DNA from: an uncultured Gemmatimonadaceae bacterium
Lineage (GTDB): Bacteria; Gemmatimonadota; Gemmatimonadetes; Gemmatimonadales; Gemmatimonadaceae
Assembly: GCA_963740355.1 (NCBI GenBank)
Contig: CAVUDW010000002.1
Span: 2,144,001-2,208,000 of the forward strand
Direction of reading: 5' to 3'
Length of the DNA: 64,000 bases
Positions 46,193 through 56,053 of this stretch are shown here, one piece after another (positions within the stretch are counted from its first letter, which is position 1; every line of letters begins with the position of its first letter). Position numbers and translations under genes: made by a program. Below the pieces are notes generated by a model, which was not told the origin of the DNA, searched no databases, and saw nothing but the letters and a program-made list of their open reading frames with translations.

Positions 46193-47985
46193 ACGTGGCT
46201 CTCGGTTGGGGGCTCGCGCTCGGTGCAGGGTTGGTTGTGTCGTGGATTGCGTATCCCGCCAGCGCAGGGCAGCGACTTCGTCCCCTGTTGATGCTGCTCC
46301 GCCTGCTCGCGGTGGTGCTCGTCATGGCACTGGTGCTCGACCTCACCGTCGGTGCGTCGCGCCCGCCGGCGCCGATCGTGGCGCTCGATGCCTCTGCGAG
46401 CTGGATCAGGAGTGGCGACACGGCGGCATGGCGGATGGCTGGTGATTCGGCGCGCGCCGCCGCTACAGGTGGTGAACTCGTGCTCTTCGGCGATTCTGCA
46501 CGAAAAGCTACTATAGCTGCAGTGCCTGGCGACTTTGCATCATTGGTCGGGCCCGTGCTGGAGCGCGCTGCCGCTGGTGGCCAGCGTGTCGTGGTCATCA
46601 CGGATGGTCGGCTGGATGATCCCGACGGCCTGCAGCAGGCGGTGGCCGGTTCGCGATTGCTGGTGCTTCCGACCAGCGCCATCGCAGACCGCGCCGTGTT
46701 CGACGTCAGCGCGCCGGCGGAGGGTCGCGTCGGCGATACGGTGACGGTGCAGGCCCGCATCGTGGCCGACGGTCCTGTGGCTGCGACCTCTACGCTGCGG
46801 TGGACGCTCGACGCGGCGGTGCTTGGTGAATCGCCGGTGCCTGCGCTCGCGGCCGGCGGGGAGGCGGTGGTCGAGACGCGTGTCGTAATTCCTGCTGGTG
46901 ATTCGGTCGCTGTGTTGCGCGCCGCACTTCCTGCTGGCGCCGACCAGCAGCCGCGCAACGACACCCTCTCGATCGCATTCCGGCGTGGCGCGCGTCAGCG
47001 TGTGGTCATTGTGTCGACTGCACCAGACGCTGACGTCCGCGATGTTGCGACGGCCTTGCGTGCGAATGTCACGATGCCGACGGACGTGTACTACCGCATC
47101 GCGCCAGGCCGCTGGCTTCGTGACGGAGCGTTGCTTCCTGTGGAAGAAGCCATCGTACGTGCTGCGGTGCGCGGTGCGTCGCTTGCCGTGCTGCATGGTG
47201 ACACTGCCGTGATGGGTGCCCCCTCGGCGCTTGGCACGCGCGCCTTGCTGCTGCTGGCGCCTCCGCCAGAAGGTGCAGCCGAGCTGCTCGTGCGGGCCGC
47301 ACCGGCCTCACCATTGCAGGCTGCGCTCGCCGGAATCGTCGTCGAGTCATTGCCGCCGTTGCTTGTGTCCGCTCCCGCACGTGGTGGCGTGGTTGCGCTC
47401 AGCGCGGCGGCTGGCGTTCCGACCGGTGGTGCCACGCCCATCGTGACCACCATCGATGGTGAGGTGCGCCGAGTGGTCGTCACGGCGGCTGGATACAACC
47501 GCTGGCGTGCGCGGGGGGGCGTCAGCGAGGTTGCATTTCAGGCGCTGGTGGGTGGCGCCACCGATTGGCTCCTCGGTGCTCGTGGACGCGCATCGGCGCC
47601 GGTGCCCGCTGTCGCGCTTGTGCGTGCAGGAAGTGTGGTGCAGTGGCGGCGCGGTGCGAAGAACGAGTCCGTCGTGGTCCTGACGCGTGATGGTGATCGG
47701 GCCGCTTTTCGTGACTCGCTGCACTTCGGGAGCGCGACGCTCGCGACATCATCCGCGCTCGCGGGCGGCGTATGGCGCGGCTCGGTGGACGGCGTCGCGA
47801 TCGTGTTGCCTGTCAGCCCGTCTCGCGAATGGCTGCCGCGACCCGTGTCGCTGCGCACAGGGCTCCTCAATGGCGAGGCCGTTGCCGTGCGGCGCGGTGC
47901 GCGCTCGCTCAGCTGGCTCTACCTTGCAGGGGTGCTGCTGCTCGCGGCAGAGTGGCTCCTCCGGCGACGTGCCGGGCTTCGCTGA
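46189..47985 (+). CDS. Membrane protein with degenerate vWA (MIDAS) and Ig/CARDB-like domains
   Basis: Two N-terminal TMs, VALDASAS (DxSxS), VVITDG, a beta-rich segment ending DQQPRND, C-terminal TM with EWLLRRR. Confidence 0.7.
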   Translation: MNVALGWGLALGAGLVVSWIAYPASAGQRLRPLLMLLRLLAVVLVMALVLDLTVGASRPPAPIVALDASASWIRSGDTAAWRMAGDSARAAATGGELVLFGDSARKATIAAVPGDFASLVGPVLERAAAGGQRVVVITDGRLDDPDGLQQAVAGSRLLVLPTSAIADRAVFDVSAPAEGRVGDTVTVQARIVADGPVAATSTLRWTLDAAVLGESPVPALAAGGEAVVETRVVIPAGDSVAVLRAALPAGADQQPRNDTLSIAFRRGARQRVVIVSTAPDADVRDVATALRANVTMPTDVYYRIAPGRWLRDGALLPVEEAIVRAAVRGASLAVLHGDTAVMGAPSALGTRALLLLAPPPEGAAELLVRAAPASPLQAALAGIVVESLPPLLVSAPARGGVVALSAAAGVPTGGATPIVTTIDGEVRRVVVTAAGYNRWRARGGVSEVAFQALVGGATDWLLGARGRASAPVPAVALVRAGSVVQWRRGAKNESVVVLTRDGDRAAFRDSLHFGSATLATSSALAGGVWRGSVDGVAIVLPVSPSREWLPRPVSLRTGLLNGEAVAVRRGARSLSWLYLAGVLLLAAEWLLRRRAGLR

Positions 47986-48024
47986 CGCACTGTCATTCCC
48001 TGTCGTTCACCTCGAATCCATCGC

Positions 48025-48958
48025 ATGGCGCGTCTCTTTCGTCGCGACGGCGACCTCCCGAAGAAGTCATTCTGGCAGAAGGTCAAGTCGGTCGTTACAA
48101 CCAACTGGCGCGTCGCCATTCGTGGCGGCGTCGATCAGGGATCGCTCGAGCAGCTCGAACAGGTGCTGCTGGAATCGGACTTTGGGCCCGGCGGTCGCGC
48201 TGAAACTCGTCGCGGCCGTCGAGGATCGTGCGCGCCGTGGCCAGGTGCGGACGGAGGATGAGTTCTCCGCCGCGTTGCAGGAGGAGATCGCCGCAGCATT
48301 GCGCACGGGCAATGCGAATCCTGCCGTCCATTATCAGGCTGCTGGCCCGACCGTCATCCTCGTGCTTGGCGTCAACGGCGCAGGCAAGACGACCTTCATC
48401 GGCAAGCTCGCCTCTCGGCTGCAGCGCAATGGGAAACGCGTGCTGGTGGCTGCTGGCGACACCTTTCGCGCTGGCGCGATCGAGCAGCTGCGGGTGTGGG
48501 CGCAGCGCAGCGGTGCCGACTTCGTCAGCGCATCGCCTGGGTCGGATCCAGCCGCGGTTGCATTCAACGCGATTGACGCCGGTGTGACACGCGGTGTTGA
48601 TGTTGTCATCGTGGACACCGCCGGACGACTACACACCAGTGATGCGCTGATGGATGAACTCCGGAAGGTCGTGCGCGTCATCGCGAAGCGGCTGCCGGGC
48701 GCACCGCATGAAGCGCTGCTCGTGCTCGATGGCACGATCGGCCAGAATGCCGTGCAGCAGGCGCGCACCTTTGCGGCGGCCGTGCCTCTCACGGGGCTCG
48801 TCGTCACGAAGCTCGACGGGACTGCGAAGGGAGGTGTCGTGGTAGCCGTGCACGAGGCCTTGGACATTCCCGTGAAGTTCATCGGCACTGGTGAATCGGC
48901 AGACGACCTGCACGACTTCGATGCCGCGGAATTTGCCGAGGCGATGTTCGAGTCGTGA
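48025..48958 (+). CDS. ftsY: SRP receptor FtsY with a +1 frameshift at 48184-48189 (probable sequencing error)
   Basis: First frame ends LEQLEQVLLESDFG. Second frame: GVNGAGKTT, DTFRAGA, DTAGRL, TKLDGTAKGG. Deleting one base of GGGCCC gives 310 aa. Confidence 0.93.
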
Positions 48959-51066
48959 CCGACCCCTCGCGGCGTGACCGACGGGGCGGTGGCGTTGCGC
49001 CGCCTGTCACGTTGCTCACCCCCGTCACGTATCTGAAGGGGGTCGGGCCGCGCCGCGCGGAGTTGCTGGCGAAGCTGGGCATCACGACGGCCGGTGATCT
49101 GCTGATGCATGTGCCACGTCGCTACGAAGATGCGACGACCGTGTTGCCTGTTGCACGCGCACAGCCAGGCAACGACGTCACGGTGCTGGGCCGAGTGATT
49201 TCGAAGGGAATCATTCCCACGCGGCGTGGCCTGCGGATTTTTCAGGCCGTCATCCAGGATGCGAGCGGGCTCCTCGAAGTCGGGTGGCCGGGGCAGCCGC
49301 ATCTCGATCGCACCATCAACGTCGGTGACGTGCTGCTCCTCAGTGGGCCGGTGCGAATCTTTCATGGCCGGCAGCTCGCACCGCGCGAGTTCGTCAACCT
49401 CGGCGCTGATGATTCCGGCACTGCCGGTGGGCGAGTGCTGGCGGTGTATCCCGCCACCGACGGGCTACCGACCAAGCTGCTGCGCGCACTCGTGGAAGCA
49501 CAGCTCGATGCGCTGTTGCCGCAGGTCGTGGAGCCGCTTCCGCCGCAGGTGTTGGCTGCCGCCGGCGTGCCACCGCTGCCGGAAGCGTTGCGCCTCGTGC
49601 ATCGGCCTGGCAGCGTGAAGGAGGCTGAGCGTGGGCGTGCGCGCCTCGCCTTCGAGGAGCTCTTCTGCGTGCAACTGTTGCATCGCCGCGCGAATCAGCT
49701 CGAGCGATCGGCGCGTGATGGCATCACCTTCGTCAACCGTCGCAAGCTGACGACGGCGCTCAAGGAGCAGCTGCCGTTCACTTTGACCAATGCACAGGTT
49801 CGCGTGCTGCGGGAGATCGTGGCCGACATGACGAGTACGCAGCGCATGCATCGGCTCTTGCAGGGCGATGTTGGCAGCGGCAAGACGATCGTGGCGTTGT
49901 TCGCGGCGCTCGTTGCGCTCGAGAATGATTGGCAGGCGGCATTGATGGCACCCACCGAACTGCTGGCTGAGCAGCACCTGCGCACGTTCACGAAGCTGCT
50001 GGCGCCGCTTGGCATCACACCGGCATTGCTGACGGGACGGATGGGCGCCGCCGAGCGCCGTGCCGTGGCCACGCGGTTGGCATCGTACGAGCCATTGATC
50101 GTTGTCGGCACACACGCGTTGGTCCAGGATGCCACCTCCTTCGGAAAGTTGGGCCTGGTGATCGTCGATGAGCAGCACCGCTTCGGTGTCGAACAGCGGA
50201 AGGCGCTGCAGGCCAAGGGGGCGACGCCAGATGTGTTGCTGATGAGCGCGACGCCGATACCGCGCTCACTGGCACTCACGATCTATGGCGACCTCGATGT
50301 CAGTCTGCTCGATGAGAAGCCGCCTGGCCGTGTGCCGATCGTGACCACCATGCGTCCCGAATCCGCGCGCGATCGTGTGATGACATTCGTGAATGCGCAG
50401 CTCGACGCTGGTCGCCAGGCCTACGTTGTGTATCCCGTCATCGAGGAGTCGGAGCGGAGCGACCTGCGCGCCGCCACGCAGATGGCGGAGGAGCTCTCGG
50501 GAACGGTCTTTGCTGGCCGACGCGTGGGGCTGCTACATGGTCGACTCAAGGGTGATGAGAAGGACGGTGTCATGCGTGCCTTCCTTGCGCGCGAGATCGA
50601 CGTGCTGGTGGCCACCACGGTGATCGAGGTCGGCATCGACGTGCCGAATGCGTCCGTGATGCTGATTGAGCATCCTGAGCGATTCGGCTTGTCCCAACTG
50701 CACCAGCTGCGTGGCCGCGTCGGGCGCGGAGCGACGGACAGCTACTGCATCCTGCTTGGCGACGTGTCCCCGGACTCCGCCGAACGCCTGGACATCTTCG
50801 TCTCGACCGAGGACGGATTCGAGATCGCGCGCGCCGACATGCGATTGCGCGGCATGGGCGACCTGTTCGGTGAGCGTCAGAGCGGCTTGCCGAGTTTCCG
50901 CGTGGCCGACCCTTTGCGCGACGAAGCCCTGATTCCCGTGGCGCGTGCGGCTGCCGAGAAGGTGCTCGCCGCTGACCCGACGTTGAGCAAACCCGAGCAT
51001 CTACCCCTGCGGGAATTGCTCACCGGTCGGTACCGACGTGCGCTGGAGCTGTTCCGGGTCGGCTGA
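48955..51066 (+). CDS. recG: ATP-dependent DNA helicase RecG
   Basis: LQGDVGSGKT, DEQHRFG, SATPIPR, QLRGRVGRG. Confidence 0.98.
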   Translation: MTDPSRRDRRGGGVAPPVTLLTPVTYLKGVGPRRAELLAKLGITTAGDLLMHVPRRYEDATTVLPVARAQPGNDVTVLGRVISKGIIPTRRGLRIFQAVIQDASGLLEVGWPGQPHLDRTINVGDVLLLSGPVRIFHGRQLAPREFVNLGADDSGTAGGRVLAVYPATDGLPTKLLRALVEAQLDALLPQVVEPLPPQVLAAAGVPPLPEALRLVHRPGSVKEAERGRARLAFEELFCVQLLHRRANQLERSARDGITFVNRRKLTTALKEQLPFTLTNAQVRVLREIVADMTSTQRMHRLLQGDVGSGKTIVALFAALVALENDWQAALMAPTELLAEQHLRTFTKLLAPLGITPALLTGRMGAAERRAVATRLASYEPLIVVGTHALVQDATSFGKLGLVIVDEQHRFGVEQRKALQAKGATPDVLLMSATPIPRSLALTIYGDLDVSLLDEKPPGRVPIVTTMRPESARDRVMTFVNAQLDAGRQAYVVYPVIEESERSDLRAATQMAEELSGTVFAGRRVGLLHGRLKGDEKDGVMRAFLAREIDVLVATTVIEVGIDVPNASVMLIEHPERFGLSQLHQLRGRVGRGATDSYCILLGDVSPDSAERLDIFVSTEDGFEIARADMRLRGMGDLFGERQSGLPSFRVADPLRDEALIPVARAAAEKVLAADPTLSKPEHLPLRELLTGRYRRALELFRVG

Positions 51067-51108
51067 TCGTGTTCGCGTGCGGCGCCCTGCGCGTGACGGA
51101 ACGCCCCG

Positions 51109-51666
51109 CTACGGGGCGCTCAGGCGACGACGCAGGCGCAGGATCTCGGCACTCAGTTTGGCCACCGAATCACGCGCCAGCTTCAGTTCATCGAGTCGGT
51201 CGGTGGCCAGCTGGGTCGCTTGTACGCGCCGCCGCACCTCGGCCCGACGCAGTGAATCCACCGCGTTGATGTTCCGTCGCATCAGCACCGCTTCGGCGCG
51301 CACTTCGAGCGCCACCGAGTCGGCGAGCAGCGAGTCGATCTGTGCGATGGCGAGTGACGGGTCGCCGCCGGCGCTGCGCTGGTCGGCCCGCATCAGGGCG
51401 CGCCACCACTTCGCACGGTCGCCTTCCGGCGTTCGTGTGTTCTCCCGGGCGAATTGCAGCAGGGTCGAATCCGCCGAGACGGTGCGGTTTTCGGCGATCA
51501 TGGCCAGCACCGAGGTCTGGGTGGCCATCCACTGCGAGCGTACGCTTGGGGCCGGCAGTGGTGGGGGCGGCAACACGGCCGTGACGACCGGTGCGCTTCC
51601 ACGACAGGATGCCAGCAGGGCAGTGACCGCGATTGCGAGGCCTATATGACGAACAGGAGTGGTCAT
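51109..51666 (-). CDS. Alpha-helical lipoprotein with C-terminal coiled coil
   Basis: Lipobox LLAS-C after a hydrophobic stretch. ATGA coupling to the kinase gene. Confidence 0.7.
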   Translation of the reverse strand: MTTPVRHIGLAIAVTALLASCRGSAPVVTAVLPPPPLPAPSVRSQWMATQTSVLAMIAENRTVSADSTLLQFARENTRTPEGDRAKWWRALMRADQRSAGGDPSLAIAQIDSLLADSVALEVRAEAVLMRRNINAVDSLRRAEVRRRVQATQLATDRLDELKLARDSVAKLSAEILRLRRRLSAP

Positions 51667-53195
51667 GACGTAGCGCTCGGGAGTACAGTGGCTGCGGCTG
51701 ACGCCGGAGCCGGTGGCAGCCGCCGAGACACCGGGGCGCGCTGCGGGAGCAGAATAGTGAACGTGGTACCCACGCCAACCTCCGAAGACACGGACACCGA
51801 GCCGCCGTGCGCCTCGACTATCCCCCTGACGATCGCAAGGCCGAGTCCGGTACCAGCGACGCTCGTCGCCTCCTGGTTCCCGGCCTGGAAGAACTTGCGG
51901 AAGACGTGGGGGAGTTCCGGGGCGGGGATGCCGACGCCGCTGTCACGCACTTCCAGCCGAACGGCGCCTGGCTCGCCGTCACCGTGAAGGGCCACCACCC
52001 CGCCGCGTGGCGTGAACTTGCAGGCATTCGTGACCAGATTGCCGATCGCCTCGATCATCCGGTCACGATCCCACCAGACTTCGGCCGGCATCCCGGCAGC
52101 GGCCGTCACCGAAAAGGTGATCCCTCGCTGATGCGCCAGCACGCCGAGTGAATTCTCGAGCTCGGCAAAGAACGCCTTGATGTTGAGCGGGCCGGGCTTC
52201 AGCGTCGCGCCGCCCGCGTCGTACTTCGAGACGTCCAGCAGCTGGCGCACGAGGCGGTTCAGCGAGTGACTCTGGCGTTCCAGCGTATGAATCACCTCGC
52301 GCTGCTTGTCGTTCAGCGGCCCGTAGACCCCGTCGTCGAGCAGGGTCAGGTAGCCCAGAATCACGTTCAGCGGCGTCTTCAGCTCGTGCGACGCCATCGA
52401 CACGAATTCCGCCTTCAGCCGATCCAGTTCGCCCAGTCGCTGCGCCATGGCCGCGTAGCTCTCCGCCAATCGCCCGAACTCGTCGCGACGGCGTGACGCG
52501 ATCTCGAGTTTGTGATCGAATTGGCCCGACGCGACACGCTCCATGCCGTACTGGAGGTCGGCCACTGGTCGTGCGATGCTGAAGATGATCCACGCCGCCA
52601 CGATCGTGGCGAAGGCGAGGGCGAGCAGGAGCGCGTAGAGCGACACTTTCCGCGCCTGCGCCGTCTCTTCTCCTGCACCGCGGACACGCGACGCCGTTTC
52701 CAGACGCAGGCGCGTTTCGGCATCACCAATCGCGTCGGCCAGCAGCGCCAGGCCCGGGCGAACCTTCTGGGTGGAGAGTGTGTCCACCAGTTCGTAGTTA
52801 CCGCTCAACATCGCGTTGATGCTGTTCGCCGTGCGATTCTGCACTTCGGTCACCGCAGAATCGACGCTCGAGAATGACGCGGCCGCCGTCAGTTGCTTGA
52901 GCGAGTCGGCCAGCAGTCGCAGGTCGGAGACGGCCCCGCGCAGGTCGGGGGCGCCCGTCGTATCGCGCAGGCCACTGATCTTGTCATCGGCACGACGCAC
53001 CAGGTCGGCCGTGGTGCGCAATCGGCCCAGCAGCAACGACGCCTTGAAATCCTGGCTCTGCAGCTGCTCGATGTCCGAATACAGGCGTTTCAACGAGAAG
53101 CGCGTGACGACCAGCGGTGCCACCAGGATCGCTGCCAGCATCAACATGCCGGCCACGAGGCGCACGCGAAGGCCAACGCCGCGACTGTTCGTCAC
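51663..53195 (-). CDS. Sensor histidine kinase (TM-periplasmic-TM-HAMP-HisKA-HATPase); start uncertain (GTG 53195 or 53237)
   Basis: RRDEFGRLA (HAMP), ASHELKTPL, NLVTNACKFT, DSGVGI, GTGLGL. Confidence 0.93.
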   Translation of the reverse strand: MTNSRGVGLRVRLVAGMLMLAAILVAPLVVTRFSLKRLYSDIEQLQSQDFKASLLLGRLRTTADLVRRADDKISGLRDTTGAPDLRGAVSDLRLLADSLKQLTAAASFSSVDSAVTEVQNRTANSINAMLSGNYELVDTLSTQKVRPGLALLADAIGDAETRLRLETASRVRGAGEETAQARKVSLYALLLALAFATIVAAWIIFSIARPVADLQYGMERVASGQFDHKLEIASRRRDEFGRLAESYAAMAQRLGELDRLKAEFVSMASHELKTPLNVILGYLTLLDDGVYGPLNDKQREVIHTLERQSHSLNRLVRQLLDVSKYDAGGATLKPGPLNIKAFFAELENSLGVLAHQRGITFSVTAAAGMPAEVWWDRDRMIEAIGNLVTNACKFTPRGGVVALHGDGEPGAVRLEVRDSGVGIPAPELPHVFRKFFQAGNQEATSVAGTGLGLAIVRGIVEAHGGSVSVSSEVGVGTTFTILLPQRAPVSRRLPPAPASAAATVLPSATS

Positions 53196-53269
53196 GGGTT
53201 GTGGTGATGGCTTCGGACTATGAAAGACAGGGCTCACTGAAATCGCGTAGGCGTCGGTGCTGCAATGCG

Positions 53270-53298
53270 TTGACTCGCATTCCAGCCATCGGTACGTT
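53270..53298 (+). promoter_or_regulatory. Putative sigma70 promoter for asnS
   Basis: TTGACT (53270-53275), 17 nt spacer, TACGTT (53293-53298). Confidence 0.6.
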
Positions 53299-53332
53299 GC
53301 CCCCAATCTTGCGAGCGGAGCAGTTCAGAACA

Positions 53333-54634
53333 ATGACAGGTCAGATGGAATACATCGCGGCACTTCCCGGTGCGGCAGGCGCCACCGTCACCGTGCGCGG
53401 CTGGGTGCAGCATGTGCGGACGCAGGGCAAGGTAGCATTTCTTGTCGTGCGCGACGGCACGGGCGTCGTGCAATGCGTCTTCGTGAAAAGTCAGGTGACC
53501 CCCGAGGTGTGGGAGCGCTTCGCGACCCTCACCATCGAGACTGCGGTTGCGGTCACCGGTGAAGTGCGCCTCGAGCCGCGCGCCCCCGGTGGCGCCGAAC
53601 TCGGCGCTGTCGAGCTCACGGTGCTCGGCGCGAGCCCGGTCGACTACCCGATTCAACCGAAGGAACACGGCGTCGATTTCCTCATGGACAATCGACATCT
53701 CTGGCTCCGCGCGCCACGCCAGGTCGCGCTCATGCGCATCCGGCACGAGATCGAGCAGGCGATTCATGACTTCTTCTACGAGCGCGACTTCATTCACTGC
53801 GACACCCCGATCCTGACCGCGGCCATCGGTGAGCGTTCTGGCTTGTTCAGCACTGAGTATTTCGACGAAGGCAATGCCTACCTCGCGCAGACCGGCCAGT
53901 TGTACGGCGAGGCCCTCGCGGCCGCGCTCGGCAGGATTTACACCTTTGGCCCGACCTTTCGGGCTGAGAAGTCGAAGACGCGTCGTCACCTGACCGAGTT
54001 CTGGATGATCGAACCGGAGATGGCGTTCTACGATTTGCATGACAGCATGCAACTGCAGGAAGACATGCTCATCTACATCACGCAGCGGGTGTTGGAACGT
54101 CGGCGCGCCGAGCTGGCAGTGCTCGAGCGAGATGTGACGCATCTCGAAGCAATTGTAGGACCATTCCCGCGCATCTCGTACACCGATGCCGTCGCCACGC
54201 TGCAGCAGAAGGGCAGTGCGATCACGTGGGGTGAGGATCTTGGTGCCGAGGACGAGGCGTTGCTGGTGGCTGACTACCGTACGCCGATCTTCATCTGCAA
54301 CTATCCCAAGGAAGCGAAGGCCTTCTACATGAAGGAAAATCCGGACGATCCTCGCACCGTGTTGTGCGCGGATTGCCTGGCGCCGGAAGGGTACGGCGAA
54401 ATCATCGGCGGCTCGCAGCGTGAGGACGATTACGACAAGCTGCTCCACCGCATTCAGGAAGAAGGGCTCGAAGTCGATGCCTACGGCTGGTACCTCGACC
54501 TGCGGAAGTACGGCACGTTCGTGCACAGCGGATTCGGCCTCGGACTGGAGCGAACCGTCGCCTGGTTGTGTGGTACGCCGCACATCCGCGAATGCATTGC
54601 GTTCCCGCGCCTCATGAATCGCCTCCGTCCCTAG
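53333..54634 (+). CDS. asnS: Asparagine-tRNA ligase
   Basis: OB fold (VRGWV, RDGTG), FRAEKSKTRRHLTEFWMIEPE, GEIIGGSQRE, HSGFGLGLER. Confidence 0.95.
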   Translation: MTGQMEYIAALPGAAGATVTVRGWVQHVRTQGKVAFLVVRDGTGVVQCVFVKSQVTPEVWERFATLTIETAVAVTGEVRLEPRAPGGAELGAVELTVLGASPVDYPIQPKEHGVDFLMDNRHLWLRAPRQVALMRIRHEIEQAIHDFFYERDFIHCDTPILTAAIGERSGLFSTEYFDEGNAYLAQTGQLYGEALAAALGRIYTFGPTFRAEKSKTRRHLTEFWMIEPEMAFYDLHDSMQLQEDMLIYITQRVLERRRAELAVLERDVTHLEAIVGPFPRISYTDAVATLQQKGSAITWGEDLGAEDEALLVADYRTPIFICNYPKEAKAFYMKENPDDPRTVLCADCLAPEGYGEIIGGSQREDDYDKLLHRIQEEGLEVDAYGWYLDLRKYGTFVHSGFGLGLERTVAWLCGTPHIRECIAFPRLMNRLRP

Positions 54635-54663
54635 TTCCCGGTCCCTGGTTCCCGGGCGTGTGA

Positions 54664-55263
54664 TCAGTCGAGGCGCGCGGGAAAGGCTGCCGCCTTGCGA
54701 ACGACCGTCGCCTGCCACAGGTGACGGCGTTCGTGCGCCAGCAGCAGGGCCAGCACCGTCCCGAGCGCGAAGTCGAGTCCCTTGATCGTCGGCAGGCGCA
54801 CCTGCACGTGCGCCAGATCGAGCCCCGCCGCACGCTCCAGCCGAAGCTCGAATGCGCCCTGCGCGCTCCGATAGCGCTGACGCGCCTGTTCGGGGTCTTC
54901 CGAGGGAGTCGGCAGCAACGCCTTGGGAGCCCGCATCCGGAGGCGAACGGGCGGTTCCATCGTCCACACCATCAGTCGACTGATCACGTTGCCCTGAAAG
55001 GGCCGGTCACTGTAGGCCGCGTCGGCATGACCGCGGCGAATGCCGTCGTCGATTGCCGGCAGGTAGAGCATGGTGATGTTCGCCAGGTGCGAACAGATCT
55101 CGGCCAACCCCCACTGCGCCTCGCTCGGCCGCCACGCCAACTGCGCGCCGGAGAGCCCATCCAGCAGCGCCAGCGCCGTTTCGCGGTTCACCGAAAGCTC
55201 GCGAAAAAACGGCTGCATCGTCGTCAGCGACCGCGGGGGCGAGACGGTGTTCGGCTGGCTCAT
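54664..55263 (-). CDS. DinB/YfiT-like four-helix bundle protein
   Basis: WRPSEAQWGLAEICSHL...HERRHLWQ. ATGA coupling to mazG. Confidence 0.85.
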   Translation of the reverse strand: MSQPNTVSPPRSLTTMQPFFRELSVNRETALALLDGLSGAQLAWRPSEAQWGLAEICSHLANITMLYLPAIDDGIRRGHADAAYSDRPFQGNVISRLMVWTMEPPVRLRMRAPKALLPTPSEDPEQARQRYRSAQGAFELRLERAAGLDLAHVQVRLPTIKGLDFALGTVLALLLAHERRHLWQATVVRKAAAFPARLD

Positions 55264-56021
55264 CCGCCGGCCTTCTTCACATCGTCCCACAGGACATCCA
55301 GCTCGGCCAGCGACGCCGTGCCGACATGTACGCCACGTTCGGCGGCGAGCTTCTCGACGGCCGAGAACCGACGCACGAACTTCAGGTTGGCACGGTCCAG
55401 CGCCACCGCGGCGTGCACCTCGGCTTTTCGGCAGAGGTTCACCACCGCGAACAGCAAGTCGCCCAGCTCACCTTCAAGAGCGTCCTTCGCCAGTGCCGGA
55501 TCGGCGCGTGGTGTCTCGATTTCGGCCGCGACTTCGTCGATCTCCTCGCGGACCTTCGCCAGCGGGCCTGCCACGTCGTCCCAGTCGAAGCCAACGCCGG
55601 CCGCGCGGTCCTGCAGCCGATGTGCGCGATGGAGGCCGGGCAGCTCGAGCGGCAGGCCGTCTGCGAGCGATACACGCGTTTTTGCCTTCTGGCGCTCCCA
55701 TGGAATCGCCTCGCCGTCGCCGTAGAGGTGCGGGTGGCGCTTCTTCATCTTGGCGATCAGCGCACCGGCCACGTCGTACAGGTCAAACGCCTGACGCTCC
55801 TCCGCGATCACGCTGTGAAACAGCACCTGCAGCAGCAGGTCGCCGAGCTCGTCGCGCAGCATGCTGTCGCTCCCCAATCGGAGCGCATCGTCCACCTCGT
55901 GCGCTTCCTCGATGAGGTATGGCCGTAGCGACTGATGGGTCTGCGCGGCGTCCCAGCTGCACCGGGCACGCAGATCACGCATCAGCGCGAGGGTATCTTC
56001 AAGACTGGCTTTCGCTTGCAT
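55260..56021 (-). CDS. mazG: Nucleoside triphosphate pyrophosphohydrolase
   Basis: CSWDAAQTHQSL, EEAHEV, ELGDLLLQV, RHPH, GFDW, and a second ELGDLLF. Confidence 0.95.
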   Translation of the reverse strand: MQAKASLEDTLALMRDLRARCSWDAAQTHQSLRPYLIEEAHEVDDALRLGSDSMLRDELGDLLLQVLFHSVIAEERQAFDLYDVAGALIAKMKKRHPHLYGDGEAIPWERQKAKTRVSLADGLPLELPGLHRAHRLQDRAAGVGFDWDDVAGPLAKVREEIDEVAAEIETPRADPALAKDALEGELGDLLFAVVNLCRKAEVHAAVALDRANLKFVRRFSAVEKLAAERGVHVGTASLAELDVLWDDVKKAGG

Positions 56022-56053
56022 CGTTACGACTGCTCCCGGTAACTTCCTAGGCT

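Noticed and set aside
47687..48958. 423-aa FtsY with a long N-terminal extension
   Set aside because: The extension overlaps the upstream gene. The real N domain is in another frame starting at 48025.
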